64,000 nt of DNA from contig NC_092670.1 in assembly GCF_964355755.1 (NCBI RefSeq), positions 22,988,795-23,052,794 of the forward strand. Direction: 5' to 3'. Source of the DNA: Antedon mediterranea (Eukaryota; Animalia; Echinodermata). Shown here in pieces: positions 14,601-27,700 of the stretch. The notes under the pieces were generated by a model. It searched no databases. It was not told the DNA's origin and was given only the letters and a program-made list of their open reading frames with translations. Both the position numbers and the translations under genes were made by a program. Positions within the stretch are counted from its first letter, which is position 1; each line of letters begins with the position of its first letter.

Positions 14601-15963
14601 ACAAAGTTTCTTGCACATCTACAGATATAGGTCAATCTTATGAAAAAGTTATACAATCTTATGTTGACCAGAATTAGAGATATGCGACCAACAAAATTCG
14701 TGGAAAGAAAGAAGAAAATAGAAAAAAAAAGAGAAAAATAAAAAAAACTAGATTTGAACTCGTCACTACGGACGAGTTAGGTTATCCGCAGCGCAAAAGC
14801 CGCGCGCACGATATAAGTTAGAATATTGCGCGCAGAAAAACGATTATGCCATTTAAAAAATGTTAGTGCGCTCTCTATTTTGCGTCACGTCTGAGTATAT
14901 ACGGTATACACTATATAATGTATACGTACTACATACAGTGCAGAATAGGTGAAAATAAGTGACCAAAGTTATTGACGCTTTTGGACATGATGACGTCATA
15001 ACAATTTTAAAAATGGTGAATCATTCGAAAGATAATTGATTGAACTAGGCAATATATAAAAATGGGGGAAAATGGAATACGGATAAGTGGAGATGCGCTC
15101 TATTAAATGTGATGAGCTATGACGAAAGAGACAAAAATCCTATATTTGATATTCGTGTGGCCATACGATGACGTCAAAATGTCCGGTTTGCCAAATCGAT
15201 GCATGATTCTATATCTACAACTCATCTACATTCAGAATATGTAATTTTAAAAAAGTTCACCACGTAGTTTAGAATTTATGACTGTTTAAAAAAAGGCATA
15301 ATTCTGATAAATTTTTGAACTTTTTCATCAAAAATGCGCGTAAATTGTTTAATTCTACGTGCTCGTATGACGTGATTTTAAGTCGAAATTGATTGAAAAT
15401 TTATGAATTTACTAGAAAAGGCTGAAAAAACAAAAATCAAGCAAAAAAAGGATGTTTTTGCGCTACGTGCGCACGCGCGCGTAAAAAAATTGCGCACGCG
15501 TGGGAATTTTTGAAATGCTCAAAATGACATGAAACGCGTAGAAAGTTGATTAGTAATTGATTTTTCTCATTTTGAAATTTTAAACGCGCGTGCGCGCGCA
15601 ACTTTTTGTAAAACATGCTATTTTTAATCCATAGAAAGTTTGCGCATGATATGACTTAAATTTTCACCAAGTTTCAATACAAAATGACTTTTAGTTTTTA
15701 TTCTATGATCAATCATTGAAATTCACAAAATCGCGCGTAACTTACGCTGCGCGACTCGAAATTTGAAAAAAAAAGTTTCTTGCACATCTACAGCTACATA
15801 TCAATCTTATGAACAAGTTATACAATCATATGTTGCCCAAAATTAGAGATATGCGACCAACAAAATTCGTGGAAAGAAAGAAGAAAATAGAAAAAAAAAG
15901 AGAAAAAAAAAAAAAAAGATCCTGACAATAACAAGAGGTTATCCGCCAAGTGCGGATAACCAA

Positions 15964-17484
15964 CTAGATTTGAACTCGTCACTTTGACGAGTTCGGGTTA
16001 TCCGCGCAAACGCAACATGCACATACGTTTAAAATATATGAACGCCGATAATTATTATGCCATCCTATGACATGAATTAAATATGTTTACAGTGCTGAAT
16101 TGTACCTATTTTGTAGCATACATCATATTACAGTGTTTACAGAATACACTGTATATGTTATATACAGTGAAGCATAGACGGAATTACGAGACCCATCTTT
16201 TAAATCTAATTATTAACACGATGACTTCATCAAATTGACATATAAAAACAACAATTTTAGAAGATAATTATCTAATTAATTACATTAATACAAATTTGAA
16301 AAATTTTGGGCACGTAAAAGTGAGATGCGCTCTCGTTTAAACGCAATGAACTTTTACGCAAGAGGTGAAAATACGACTTTTTTTATTCAATTGGCCATAT
16401 GATGACGTCACAACATCTGATTGGCAAAATGTTCACATGATTTCGTATCTACAATCCAATAGCTTCCAGAAAACGTTTTAATCATGATTATCACTTTTTA
16501 TTCAGACGAGCTATAACAGAGTAAAATTTACTGTAAAGATGAAAATAAATGACCCACGTTATTTACATTTTTAGACATGATGCCGTCATAACAATTAACA
16601 TATTTTTATCTCATGCGAAAGATAATTGATTGACGTAGACAATAATAAAATCTCGGGGGAAATGGAATTCGTATGAGCGAGATGCGCTTTGTTGAATGTG
16701 ATGAGCAATAACGAAATAGACAAAAATCCTATATTTTATATTCGAGTGGCCATATGATGACGTCACAATGTCCGGTTAGCCATTTTCATGCATGATTTGA
16801 TATCTACAACTCATCTACTTCCAGAATCTGAAATTTTAAAAATGTTCACCACGGAGTTTAGAATCTATGACAGTTTAAAAAAAGGCATAATTTTGACAAA
16901 TTTTTGAACTTTTTCATCAAAAATGCGCGCAAATTGTTTAATTCTACGTGCTCGTATGACGTGATTTTAAGTCGAAATTGATTTAAAATTGATCAATTTA
17001 CTAGAAAAGGCTGAAAAAACAAAAATCAAGCAAAAAAAAGATGTTTTTGCGCTATGTGCGCACGCGCGCGTAAAAAAATTGCGCACGCGTGGGAATTTTT
17101 GAAATGCTCAAAATGACATGAAACGCGTAGAAAGTTGATTAGAAATTGATTTTTCGCATTTTGAAATTTCAAACGCGCGTGCGCGCGTAACCTTTTGTGA
17201 AACATGCCATTTTTAATCCATAGAAAGTTTGCGCATGATATTACTTAAATTTACACAAAGTTTCAATACAAAATGACTTTTGGTTTTTAATCTATGATCA
17301 ATCATTGAAATTCATAAAATCGCGCGTAACTTACGCTGCGCAAATCTAAATTCATTAAAAAAAGTTTCTTGCACATCTACAGCTACAGGGCAATCTTTTG
17401 ACAAAGTTAAACAATTTTATGTTAACCAGAATTAGAGATATGCCACCAACAAAATTCGGGGAAAGAAAGAAGAATAACATAGAA
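15964..17484 (-). mobile_element. Second, near-identical copy of the long variant, interrupted in its A-tract
   Basis: It matches 5846-7365 almost base for base but ends GAAGAATAACATAGAA|CTAG with no terminal module. Confidence 0.88.
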
Positions 17485-20400
17485 CTAGATTTGAACTCGT
17501 CACTACGGACGAGTTAGGTTATCCGCAGCGCAAAAGCCACGTGCACGTCGTACGTTGGAATATTGCGCGCAAAAAAACGATTATGGCATTGAAAAAATGT
17601 TAGTGCGCTCTCTATTTTGCGCCACGTCTAAGTGTATACGGTATAACACTATATACTGTATACGTACTACATACAGTGCGGAATAGGTGAAAATAAGTGA
17701 CCAAAGTTATTGACGCATTTGAACATGATGACGTCATCACAATTTTAAAAATGGTGAATCATGGGAAAGACAATTGATTGACCTAGACAATAATAAAAAA
17801 ATGATGGAATTGGAAAATGGATAAAGGAGATGCGCTCTATTAAATGTGACGAGCTATGACGAAAGAGAAAAAAATCCTATATTTCATATTTGAGTGGCCA
17901 AACGATGACGTCACAATGTCCGGTTAGCCATATCGATGCATGATTCGATATCTACAACTCATCAACTTCTAGAATGTGTAATTTTAAAAAAGTTCACCTC
18001 GTAGTTTACAATCTATGACTGTTTTAAAAAAGACATAATTTTGACGAATTTTTGAACTTTTTCTTCAAAAACGCGCGCAAATTGTTCAATTCTACGTGCT
18101 CGTATGACGTGATTTTAAGTCGAAATTGATTGAAAATTGGTAAATTTACTAGAAAAGGCTGAAAAAACAAAAATAAAGCAAAAAAAAGATGTTTTTGCGC
18201 TATGTGCGCACGCGCGCGTAAAAAAAGTGCGCACGCGTGGGAATTTTTGAAACGCTCAAAATGACATGAAACGCGTAGAAAGTTGAATAGAAATTGATTT
18301 TTCGCATTTTGAAATTTTAAATGCGCGTGCGCGCGTAACTTTCTGGGCAACCTGCCATTTTTAATCCATAGAAAGTTTCCGATTAATATGACTTAAATTT
18401 TCACCAAGTTTCAAAACAAAATTACTTTTGGTTTTTAATCTATGATCAATCATTGAAATTCATAAAATCGCGCGTAAGTTACGCTGCGCAACTCGGACTG
18501 GACCGAAAACCTTATTACGACATCTTCAGACAGAGGTCAATCTTCTGATAAAGTTATACAATGTTATGTTAAGAAGATTTTGAGATACACGCGCAACAAA
18601 ATTCTGGGAAAGAAAGAAGAAAAAAGAAAAAAAAGAAAAAAAAAAAAAAGATCCTGACAATAACAAGAGGTTATCCGCCAAAGTGCGGATAACCAACTAG
18701 ATTTGAACTCGTCACTACGGACGAGTTAGGTTATCCGCAGTGCAAAAGCCACGTGCACGTCGTACGTTAGAATAGTGCGCGCAAAAAAATAAAACGATTA
18801 TGGCATTGAAAAATGTTAGTGCGCTCTCTATGTTGCGTCGCGTCTAAGTATATACGGTATAACACTATATACTGTATACGTACTACATACAGTGCAGGAT
18901 AGGTGAAAATAAGTGACCAAAGTTATTGACGCTTTTGAACATGATGACGTCATCACAATTTTAAAAATGGTAGATTATGCGAAAGATAATTGATCGACCT
19001 AGACAATATATAAAAATGGAGGGAAATGAAATACGGATAAGTGGAGATGCGCTCTATTAAATATGATGAGCTATGAAGAAAGAGACAAAAATTCTATATT
19101 TTATATTCGAGTGGCCATACGATGACGTCATAAGGTCCGTTTAGCCATATTGATACATGATTCGATATCTGCAACTCATCTACTACCAGAATTTGTAATT
19201 ATAAAAAAGTTCACCACGTAGTTTAGAATCTATGACAGTTTAAAAAAAGGCATAATTTTGACAAATTTTTGAACTTTTTCATCAAAAATGCGCGTAAATT
19301 GTTTAATTCTACGTGCTCGTATGACGTGATTTTAAGTCGAAATTGTTTGAAAGCTGGTAAATTTTCTAAAAAAGACAGGAAAAACAAAAATCAATCAAAA
19401 AAATGATGTTTTTGCGCTACGTGCGCACGTGCGCGTAAAAAAATTGCGCACGCATGGGAATTTTTGAAATGCTCAAAATGACATGAAACGCGTAGAAAGT
19501 TGATTAGATATTAATTTTTCGCATTTTGAAATTTTAAATACGCGTGCGCGCGTAACTTATTATGAAACATGCCATTTTTAATCCATAGAAACTTTGCGCA
19601 TTATATGACTTAAATGTTCACCAAGTTTCAATACAAAACGACTTTTAGTTTTTATTCTATGATCAATCATTGAAATTCACAAAATCGCGCGTAACTTACG
19701 CTGCGCGACTCGAAATTTGAAAAAAAAAGTTTCTTGCACATCTACAGCTACAGGGCAATCTTTTGACAAAGTTATACAATCATATGTTGGCCAGAATTAG
19801 AGATACGCTGCGCACAAAAAATGGGGGAGAAGGATGTAAGGAAAGAAATAAATACTAGATTTGAACTCGTCACTACGGACGAGTTAGGTTATCCGCAGTC
19901 CTAAAGCCACGTGCACGTCATACGTTGGAATATTGCGCGCAGAAAAACGATTATGCCATTGAAAAAATGTGAGTGCGCTCTCTATTTTGTGTCACGTCAA
20001 AGTGTATACGGTATACACTATATACCGTATACGTACTACATACAGTTCAGAATAGGTGAAAATAAGTGACCAAAGTTATTGACGCTTTTGGACATGATGA
20101 CGTCATCACAATTTTTAAAATGGTGAATCGTGCGAAAGATAATTGATAGACCTAGACAATATAAAAAAAATGGGGGGAAATGGAATACAAATAAGTGAAG
20201 ATGCGCTATATTAAATGTTACGAGCTACGAGGAAAGAGACAAAAATCCTATATTTTATATTCGAGTGGCCATATGTAGACGTCACAATGTCCGGTTAGCC
20301 ATATTGATGCATGATTTGATATCTGCAACTCATCTACTACCAGAATATGTAATTATAAAAAAGTTCACCACGTAGTTTAGAATTTATGACTGTTTAAAAA

Positions 20401-23400
20401 AAGGCATAATTTTGACTAATTTTTTAACTTTTTCATCAAAAATGCGCGTAAATTGTTTAATTCTACGTGCTCGTATGACGTGATTTTAAGTCGAAATTGT
20501 TTGAAAGTTGGTAAATTTTCTAAAAGAGACAGGAAAAACAAAAATCAAGCAAAAAAATGATGTTTTTGCGCTACGTGCGCACGTGCGCGTAAAAAAAATT
20601 GCGCACGCATGGGAATTTTTGAAATGCTCAAAATGACATGAAACGCGTAGAAAGTTGATTAGATATTGATTTTTCGCATTTTAAAATTTTAAACGCGCGT
20701 GCGCGCGTAACTTTTTGTAAAACATGTCATTTTTAATCAATAGAAAGTTTGCGCATTATATGACTTAAATGTTCACCAAGTTTCAATATAAAATGAATTT
20801 TAGTTTTTAATCTACGATCAATCATTGAAATTCATAAAATCGCGCGTAACTTACGCTGCGCAACTCCGAAATCGTCCAAAAGCTTGGCTGCACATCTACA
20901 GCTACAGGTCAATCTTATGACAAAGTTATACAATGTTATATTTGCCAGAATTAGAGATATGCGACCAACAAAATTCGTGGAAAGAAAGAAGAACAAAGAA
21001 AAAGAAAAAGAAAAAAAAAAAAAAAAAAAAAAAGATCCTGACAATAACAAGGGGTTATCCGCCAAGTGCGGATAACCAAAAAAAAAAAAAAGATCCTGAC
21101 AATAACAAGGGGTTATCCGCCAAGTGCGGATAACCAACTAGATTTGAACTCGTCACTACGGACGAGTTAGGTTATCCGCCTCGCAAAACCCACGCGCATG
21201 ACACCTAAGTTAGAATATTGCGCGCAGAAAAACGATTATGCCATTGAAAAAATGTTAGTGAGCCCTCTATTTTGTGTCGCGTCTAAGTGTGTACGGTATA
21301 CACTATATACTGTATACGTACTGCATACAGTGCAGAATAGGTGAAAATAAGTGACCAAAGTTATTGACGCATTTGAACATGATGACGTCATCACAATTTT
21401 AAAAATGGTGAATCATGCGAAAGATAATTGATTGATCTAGACAATATAAAAAAATTGAGTGAAATGGAATACGGATAAGTGGAGATGCGCTCTATTAAAT
21501 TTGACGAGCTATGACGAAAGAGAAAAAAATCTTATATTTTATATTCGGGTGGCCATACGATGACGTCACAATGTCCGGTTAGCCATATCAATGCATGATT
21601 CGAGAAAAACAACTCATCTACTTCCAGAATATGTAATTTTAAAAAAGTTCACCACGTAGTTTAGAAGTTATGACAGTTTAAAAAAAGGTCTAATTTTGAC
21701 GATTTTTTGAAGTTTTTCATCAAAAACACGCGCAAATTATCCAATTCTACGTGCTCGTGTGACGTGATTATAAGTCGAAATTGATTGAAAATTTATAAAT
21801 TTACTAGAAAAGGCTGAAAAAATAAAAATCAAGCAAAAAAAAGATGTTTTTGCGCTACGTGCGCACGCGCGCGTAAAAAAATTGCGCACGCGTGGGAATT
21901 TTTGAAATGCTCAAAATGACATGAAACGCATAGAAAGTTGATTAGAAATTGATTTATCGCATTTTGAAATTTTAAACGCGCGTGCGCGCGTAACTTTTTA
22001 AAACCATGCCATTTTTAATCCATAGAAAGTTTGCGCATGATATGACTTAAATTTTCACCAAGTTTCAATACAAAATGACTTTTGGTTTTTAATCTATGAT
22101 CAATCATTGAAATTCATAAAATCGAGCGTAACTTACGCTGCGCGACTCGAAAATCAAAAAACAAAGTTTCTTGCACATCTACAGATATAGTTCAATCTTA
22201 TGACAAAGTTATACAATCATTTGTTAGCCAGAATTAGAGATATGCTTGCAACAAAATTCGTGGAAAGAAAGAAGAAAAAAGAAAAAAAAGAAAAAAAATA
22301 AAAAAAAAAAGATCCTGACAATAACAAGGGGTTATCCGCCAAGTGCGGATAACCAACTAGATTTGAACTCGTCACTACGGACGAGTTAGGTTATCCGCAG
22401 CGCAAAGGCCACGTGCACGTCATACGTTAGAATATAGCGCGCAGAAAAACGATTATGCCATTGAGAAAATGTTAGCGCGCTCTCTATTTTGCTTCACGTC
22501 AAAGTGTATACGGTATACACTATATACTGTATACGTACTACGTACAGTTCAGAATAGGTGAAAATAAGTGACCAAAGTTATTGACGCTTTTGCACATGAT
22601 GACGTCATAACAATTTTTAAAATGGTGAATCATGTGAAAGATAATTGATTGACCTAGACAATATAAAGAAATGGAGGGCAATGGAATACGGATAAGTGGA
22701 GATGCGCTCTATTAAATGTGATGAGCTATACGAAAGAGAAAAAAATCCTATATTTTATATTCGAGTAGCCATACGATGACGTCACAATGTCCTGTTAGCC
22801 ATATTGATACATGATTCGATATCTACAACTCATCTACTACCAGAATATGTAATTATAAAAAGGTTCACCACGTAGTTTAGAATCTATGACTGTTTAAAAA
22901 ATGCATAATTTTGACAAATTTTTAGACTTTTTCATCAAAATTGCGCGCAAATTGTTTAATTCTACGTGCTCGTATGACGAGATTTTAAGGCAAAATTGAT
23001 TGAAAGTTGATAAATTTATTATAAAAGACAGAAAAAACAAAAATCAAGCAAAAAAAAGATGTTTTTGCGCTACGTGCGCACGTGCGCGTAAGAAAAGTGC
23101 GCAAGCGTGGGAATTTTTGAAATGCTCAAAATGACATGAAACGCGTAGAAAGTTGATTAGAAATTGATTTTTCGCATCTTGAAATTTTAAACGCGCGTGC
23201 GCGCACAACTTTTTGCGCAACCTGCCATATTTAATCTACAGAAAGTTTGCGCTTTATATGACTTAAATTTTCACCAAGTTTCAATACAAAATGACTTTTG
23301 GTTTTTAATCTATGATCAATAATTGAAATTCATAAAATCGCGCGTAACTTACGCTGCGCAACTCGAAATTTGAAAAAAAAAGTTTCTTGCACATCTACAG

Positions 23401-23507
23401 ATATAGGGCAATCTTTTGAAAAAGTTATACAATCTTCTGTTGGCTAGAATTAGAGATACGCTGCCCACAAAAAATGGGAGAGAAGTGTGGAAAGAAAGAA
23501 ATAAATA

Positions 23508-24714
23508 CTAGATTTGAACTCGTCACGTTGACGAGTTAGGCTATCGCCCAACGCATCGTAACACGCACATGTTATTTATTATGCTTAGTCTACAATAGGC
23601 TGCACTACAACGATTGTAAAGAACAGCTGGAATACATCAAAATCGTTTAATAAGTGTCAACAGTTGACGGTATTAGCATTGTAAACGGTTTAGTTGACGG
23701 TTATTTTTTATTTTACACCACTCACGTTTATTCAATTATTTGAAAATGATGACCTTTTCAAATTAAAAAAAAAGTTCATAAGTCTAAAAAGGAATTGTTT
23801 TAGTAATAAAATATTGAAAATTGGAAGAAAATTGATAACGTTTACGCGGTATGCGCTCTATTGAATGTGACGAACTGTGTCGAAAGAGACAAAATCCCTA
23901 TATTTTACATTTGTGTGGCCATACGATGACGTCACAACAGCCCAGAGGTAAACATTTTGCATGAATTCATATCTACAGTATATATGCTTACATATTAGGT
24001 TAAAAAAATTGGGGGTCACCAGACATCCCGGAGAGCTATAATCGATTCAAAATAGGCATATTTTTACACAAATTTGCATAAAATTACCAATTTTCAAGCG
24101 CACGATTTTTAAAGTTTGACGTGCACGTGTGTCATTATTTTGCATTCATAATTCATCAAATATGAAAGAAATATATCATAAAACTATGAAAAACAATAAT
24201 CAAGCGCAAAAACGGGCTTTCTAGGCTGCGTACGAGCGAAGTGCGCAATAGCGCGCGCGCAACGCAAATTTTTTTTGAAAAATGTGAAATGCTTAAAATG
24301 TCCTGAAACGTGTAGAAAGTTGATTAGAAATTGATTTTGAGCATTTTTAACTTTCAAAGCGCGCGTACGCGCGATTTGACCAATGTTCAAAATTTTGCTG
24401 ATGATACAGGAAGATGACCCTTGACATGAAGCATACGTGTGTCAAGTGGTATTTAAAAATAGCTATTGGTTTTCAAGTTATAGTCAATCTAAGAATTTCA
24501 GAAAATCGCGCGTAGTTACGCTACGCGACCATATTTTCATTAAACCAAAGTTTGTTGCACAACTACATATATACGTGCATCTGCTGGCCAAGTTACAACA
24601 TAACTGCTACCGCCGTTTTTGAGATCTGCGTGACACAAAAATTGAGCAGAAAAAATGAAATTTGTGACAATAACAATAGGCTATCGCTCTACAGAGAGTA
24701 GAGCGATAGCCTAA
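23508..24714 (-). mobile_element. Divergent sister-family Helentron-like unit with its own subTIR
   Basis: The left end is CTAGATTTGAACTCGTCACGTTGACGAGTTAGGCTATCGC. The right end is GACAATAACAA TAGGCTATCGCTCTAC-agaga-GTAGAGCGATAGCCTA A. The body is colinear with the other units but clearly more diverged. Confidence 0.88.
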
Positions 24715-27700
24715 CTAGATTTGAACTCGTCACTACGGACGAGTTAGGTTATCCGCAGCGCAAAGGCCACGTGCACGTCATACATTAAAATATTGCGCGC
24801 AGAAAAACCATTAAGTCATTGAAACAATTTCAGTGTGCTCTCTATTTTTCGTCACGTCTGAATATATACGGTATACGCTAATATACTGTATACGTACTAC
24901 ATACAGTGCAGAATAGGTGAAAATAAGTGACCAAAGTTATTGACGCTTTTGGACATGATGACGTCATCACAATTTCTAAAATGGTTAATCATGCGAAAGA
25001 TAATTGATTGACCTAGACAATATAAAGAAATGGAGGGCAATGGAATACGGATAACCGGAGATGCGCTCTATTAAATGTGATGAGCTATACGAAAGAGAAA
25101 AAAATCCTATATTCTATATTCGAGTAGCCATACGATGACGTCACAATGTCCTGTTAGCCATATTGATACATGATTCGATATCTACAACTCATCTACTACC
25201 AGAATATGTATTTACAAAAAAGTTCACCACGTAGTTTAGAATCTATGACTGTTTAAAAAAAGGCATAATTTTGACAAATTTTTAGACTTTTTCATCAAAA
25301 TTGCGCGCAAATTGTTTAATTCTACGTGCTCGTATGACGAGATTTTAAGGCAAAATTGATTGAAAGTTGATAAATTTATTATAAAAGACAGAAAAAACAA
25401 AAATCAAGCAAAAAAAAGATGTTTTTGCGCTACGTGCGCACGTGCGCGTAAAAAAAGTGCGCAAGCGTGGGAATTTTTGAAATGCTCAAAATGACATGAA
25501 ACGCGTAGAAAGTTGATTAGAAATTGATTTTTCGCACTTTGAAATTTTAAACGCGCGTGCGCGCGTAACTTTTTGCGCAACCTGCCATATTTAATCTACA
25601 GAAAGTTTGCGCTTTATATGACTTAAATTTTCACCAAGTTTTAATACAAAATGACTTTTGGTTTTTAATCTATGATCAATAATTGAAATTCATAAAATCA
25701 CGCGTAACTTACGCTGCGCGACTCGAAATTTGAAAAAAAAAGTTTCTTGCACATCTACAGATATAGGGCAATCTTTTGACAAAGTTATACAATCTTCTGT
25801 TGGCTAGAATTAGAGATACGCTGCCCACAAAAAATGGGAGAGAAGTGTGGAAAGAAAGAAATAAATACTAGATTTGAACTCGTCACTACGGACGAGTTAG
25901 GTTATCCGCAGCGCAAAGGCCACGTGCACGTCATACGTTAGAATATTGCGCGCAGAAAAACGATTAAGGCATTGAAACAATTTCAGTGTGCTCTCTATTT
26001 TTCGTCACCTCTAAGTATATACGGTATACACTATATACTGTATACGTACTACATACAGTGCAGAATAGGTGAAAATAAGTGACCAAATTTTATTGACGCT
26101 TTTGAACATGATGACGTCATCACAATTTTAAAAATGGTGAATCGTGCGAAAGATAATTGATTGACCTAGACAACATAAAAAAATGGGGGGGAAATGGAAT
26201 ACAAATAAGTGGAGATGCGCTATATTAAATGTGACGAGCTACGAGGAAAGAGACAAAAATCCTATATTTTATATTCGAGTGGCCATACGATGACGTCAGA
26301 ATGTCCGGTTAGCCATATTGATGCATTATTTGATATCTGCAACTCATCTACTACCAGAATATGTAATTATAAAAAAGTTCACCACGTAGTTTAGAATCTA
26401 TGACTGTTTAAAAAAAGACATAATTTTGACAAATTTTTGAACTTTTTCATCAAAAATGCGCGTAAATTGTTTAATTCTACGTGCTCGTATGACGTGATTT
26501 TAAGTCGAAATTGTTTGAAAGCTGGTAAATTTTCTAAAAAAGACAGGAAAAACAAAAATCAATCAAAAAAATGATGTTTTTGCGCTACGTGCGCACGTGC
26601 GCGTAAAAAAATTGCGCACGCGTGGGAATTTTTGAAATGCTCAAAATGACATGAAACGCGTAGAAAGTTGATTAGATATTGATTTTTCGCATTTTGAAAT
26701 TTTAAATACGCGTGCGCGCGTAACTTTTTATGAATCATGCCATTTCTAATCCATAGAAAGTTTGCGCATTATATGACTTAATTGTTCACCAAGTTTCAAT
26801 ACAAAATGACTTTTAGTTTTTATTCTATGATCAATCATTGAAATTCACAAAATCGCGCGTAACTTACGCTGCGCGACTCGAAATTTGAAAAAAAAAGTTT
26901 CTTGCACATCTACAGCTACATGGCAATCTTTTGACAAAGTTATACAATCATATGTTGGCCAGAATTAGAGATACGCTGCGCACAAAAAATGGGGGAGAAG
27001 GGTGGAAGGAAACAAATAAATACTAGATTTGAACTCGTCACTACGGACGAGTTAGGTTATCCGCATCGCAAAACCCACGCGCATGACACCTAAGTTAGAA
27101 TATTGCGCGCAGAAAAACGATTATGCCATTGAAAAAATGTTAGTGAGCCCTCTATTTTGTGTCGCGTCTAAGTGTGTACGGTATACACTAAATACTGTAT
27201 ACGTACTACATACAGTGCAGAATAGGTGAAAATAAGTGACCAAAGTTATTGACGCATTTGAACATGATGACGTCATCACAATTTTAAATATGGTAAATCA
27301 TGCGAAAGATAATTGATTGATCTAGACAATATAAAAAAATTGAGTGAAATGGAATACGGATAAGTGGAGATGCGCTCTATCAAATTTGACGAGCTATGAC
27401 GAAAGTGAAAAAAATCCTATATTTCATATTTGAGGGGCCAAAGGATGACGTCACAATGTCCGGTTAGCCATATCACTGCATGATTCGAGAAAAACAACTC
27501 ATCTACTTCCAGAATATGTAATTTTAAAAAAGTTCACCACGTAGTTTAGAATTTATGACTGTTTAAAAAAAGGTCTAATTTTGACGATTTTTTTAAGTTT
27601 TTCATCAAAAACACGTGCAAATTATCCAATTCTACGTGCTCGTGTGACGTGATTTTAAGTCGAAATTGATTGAAAATTCATAAATTTACTAGAAAAGGCT

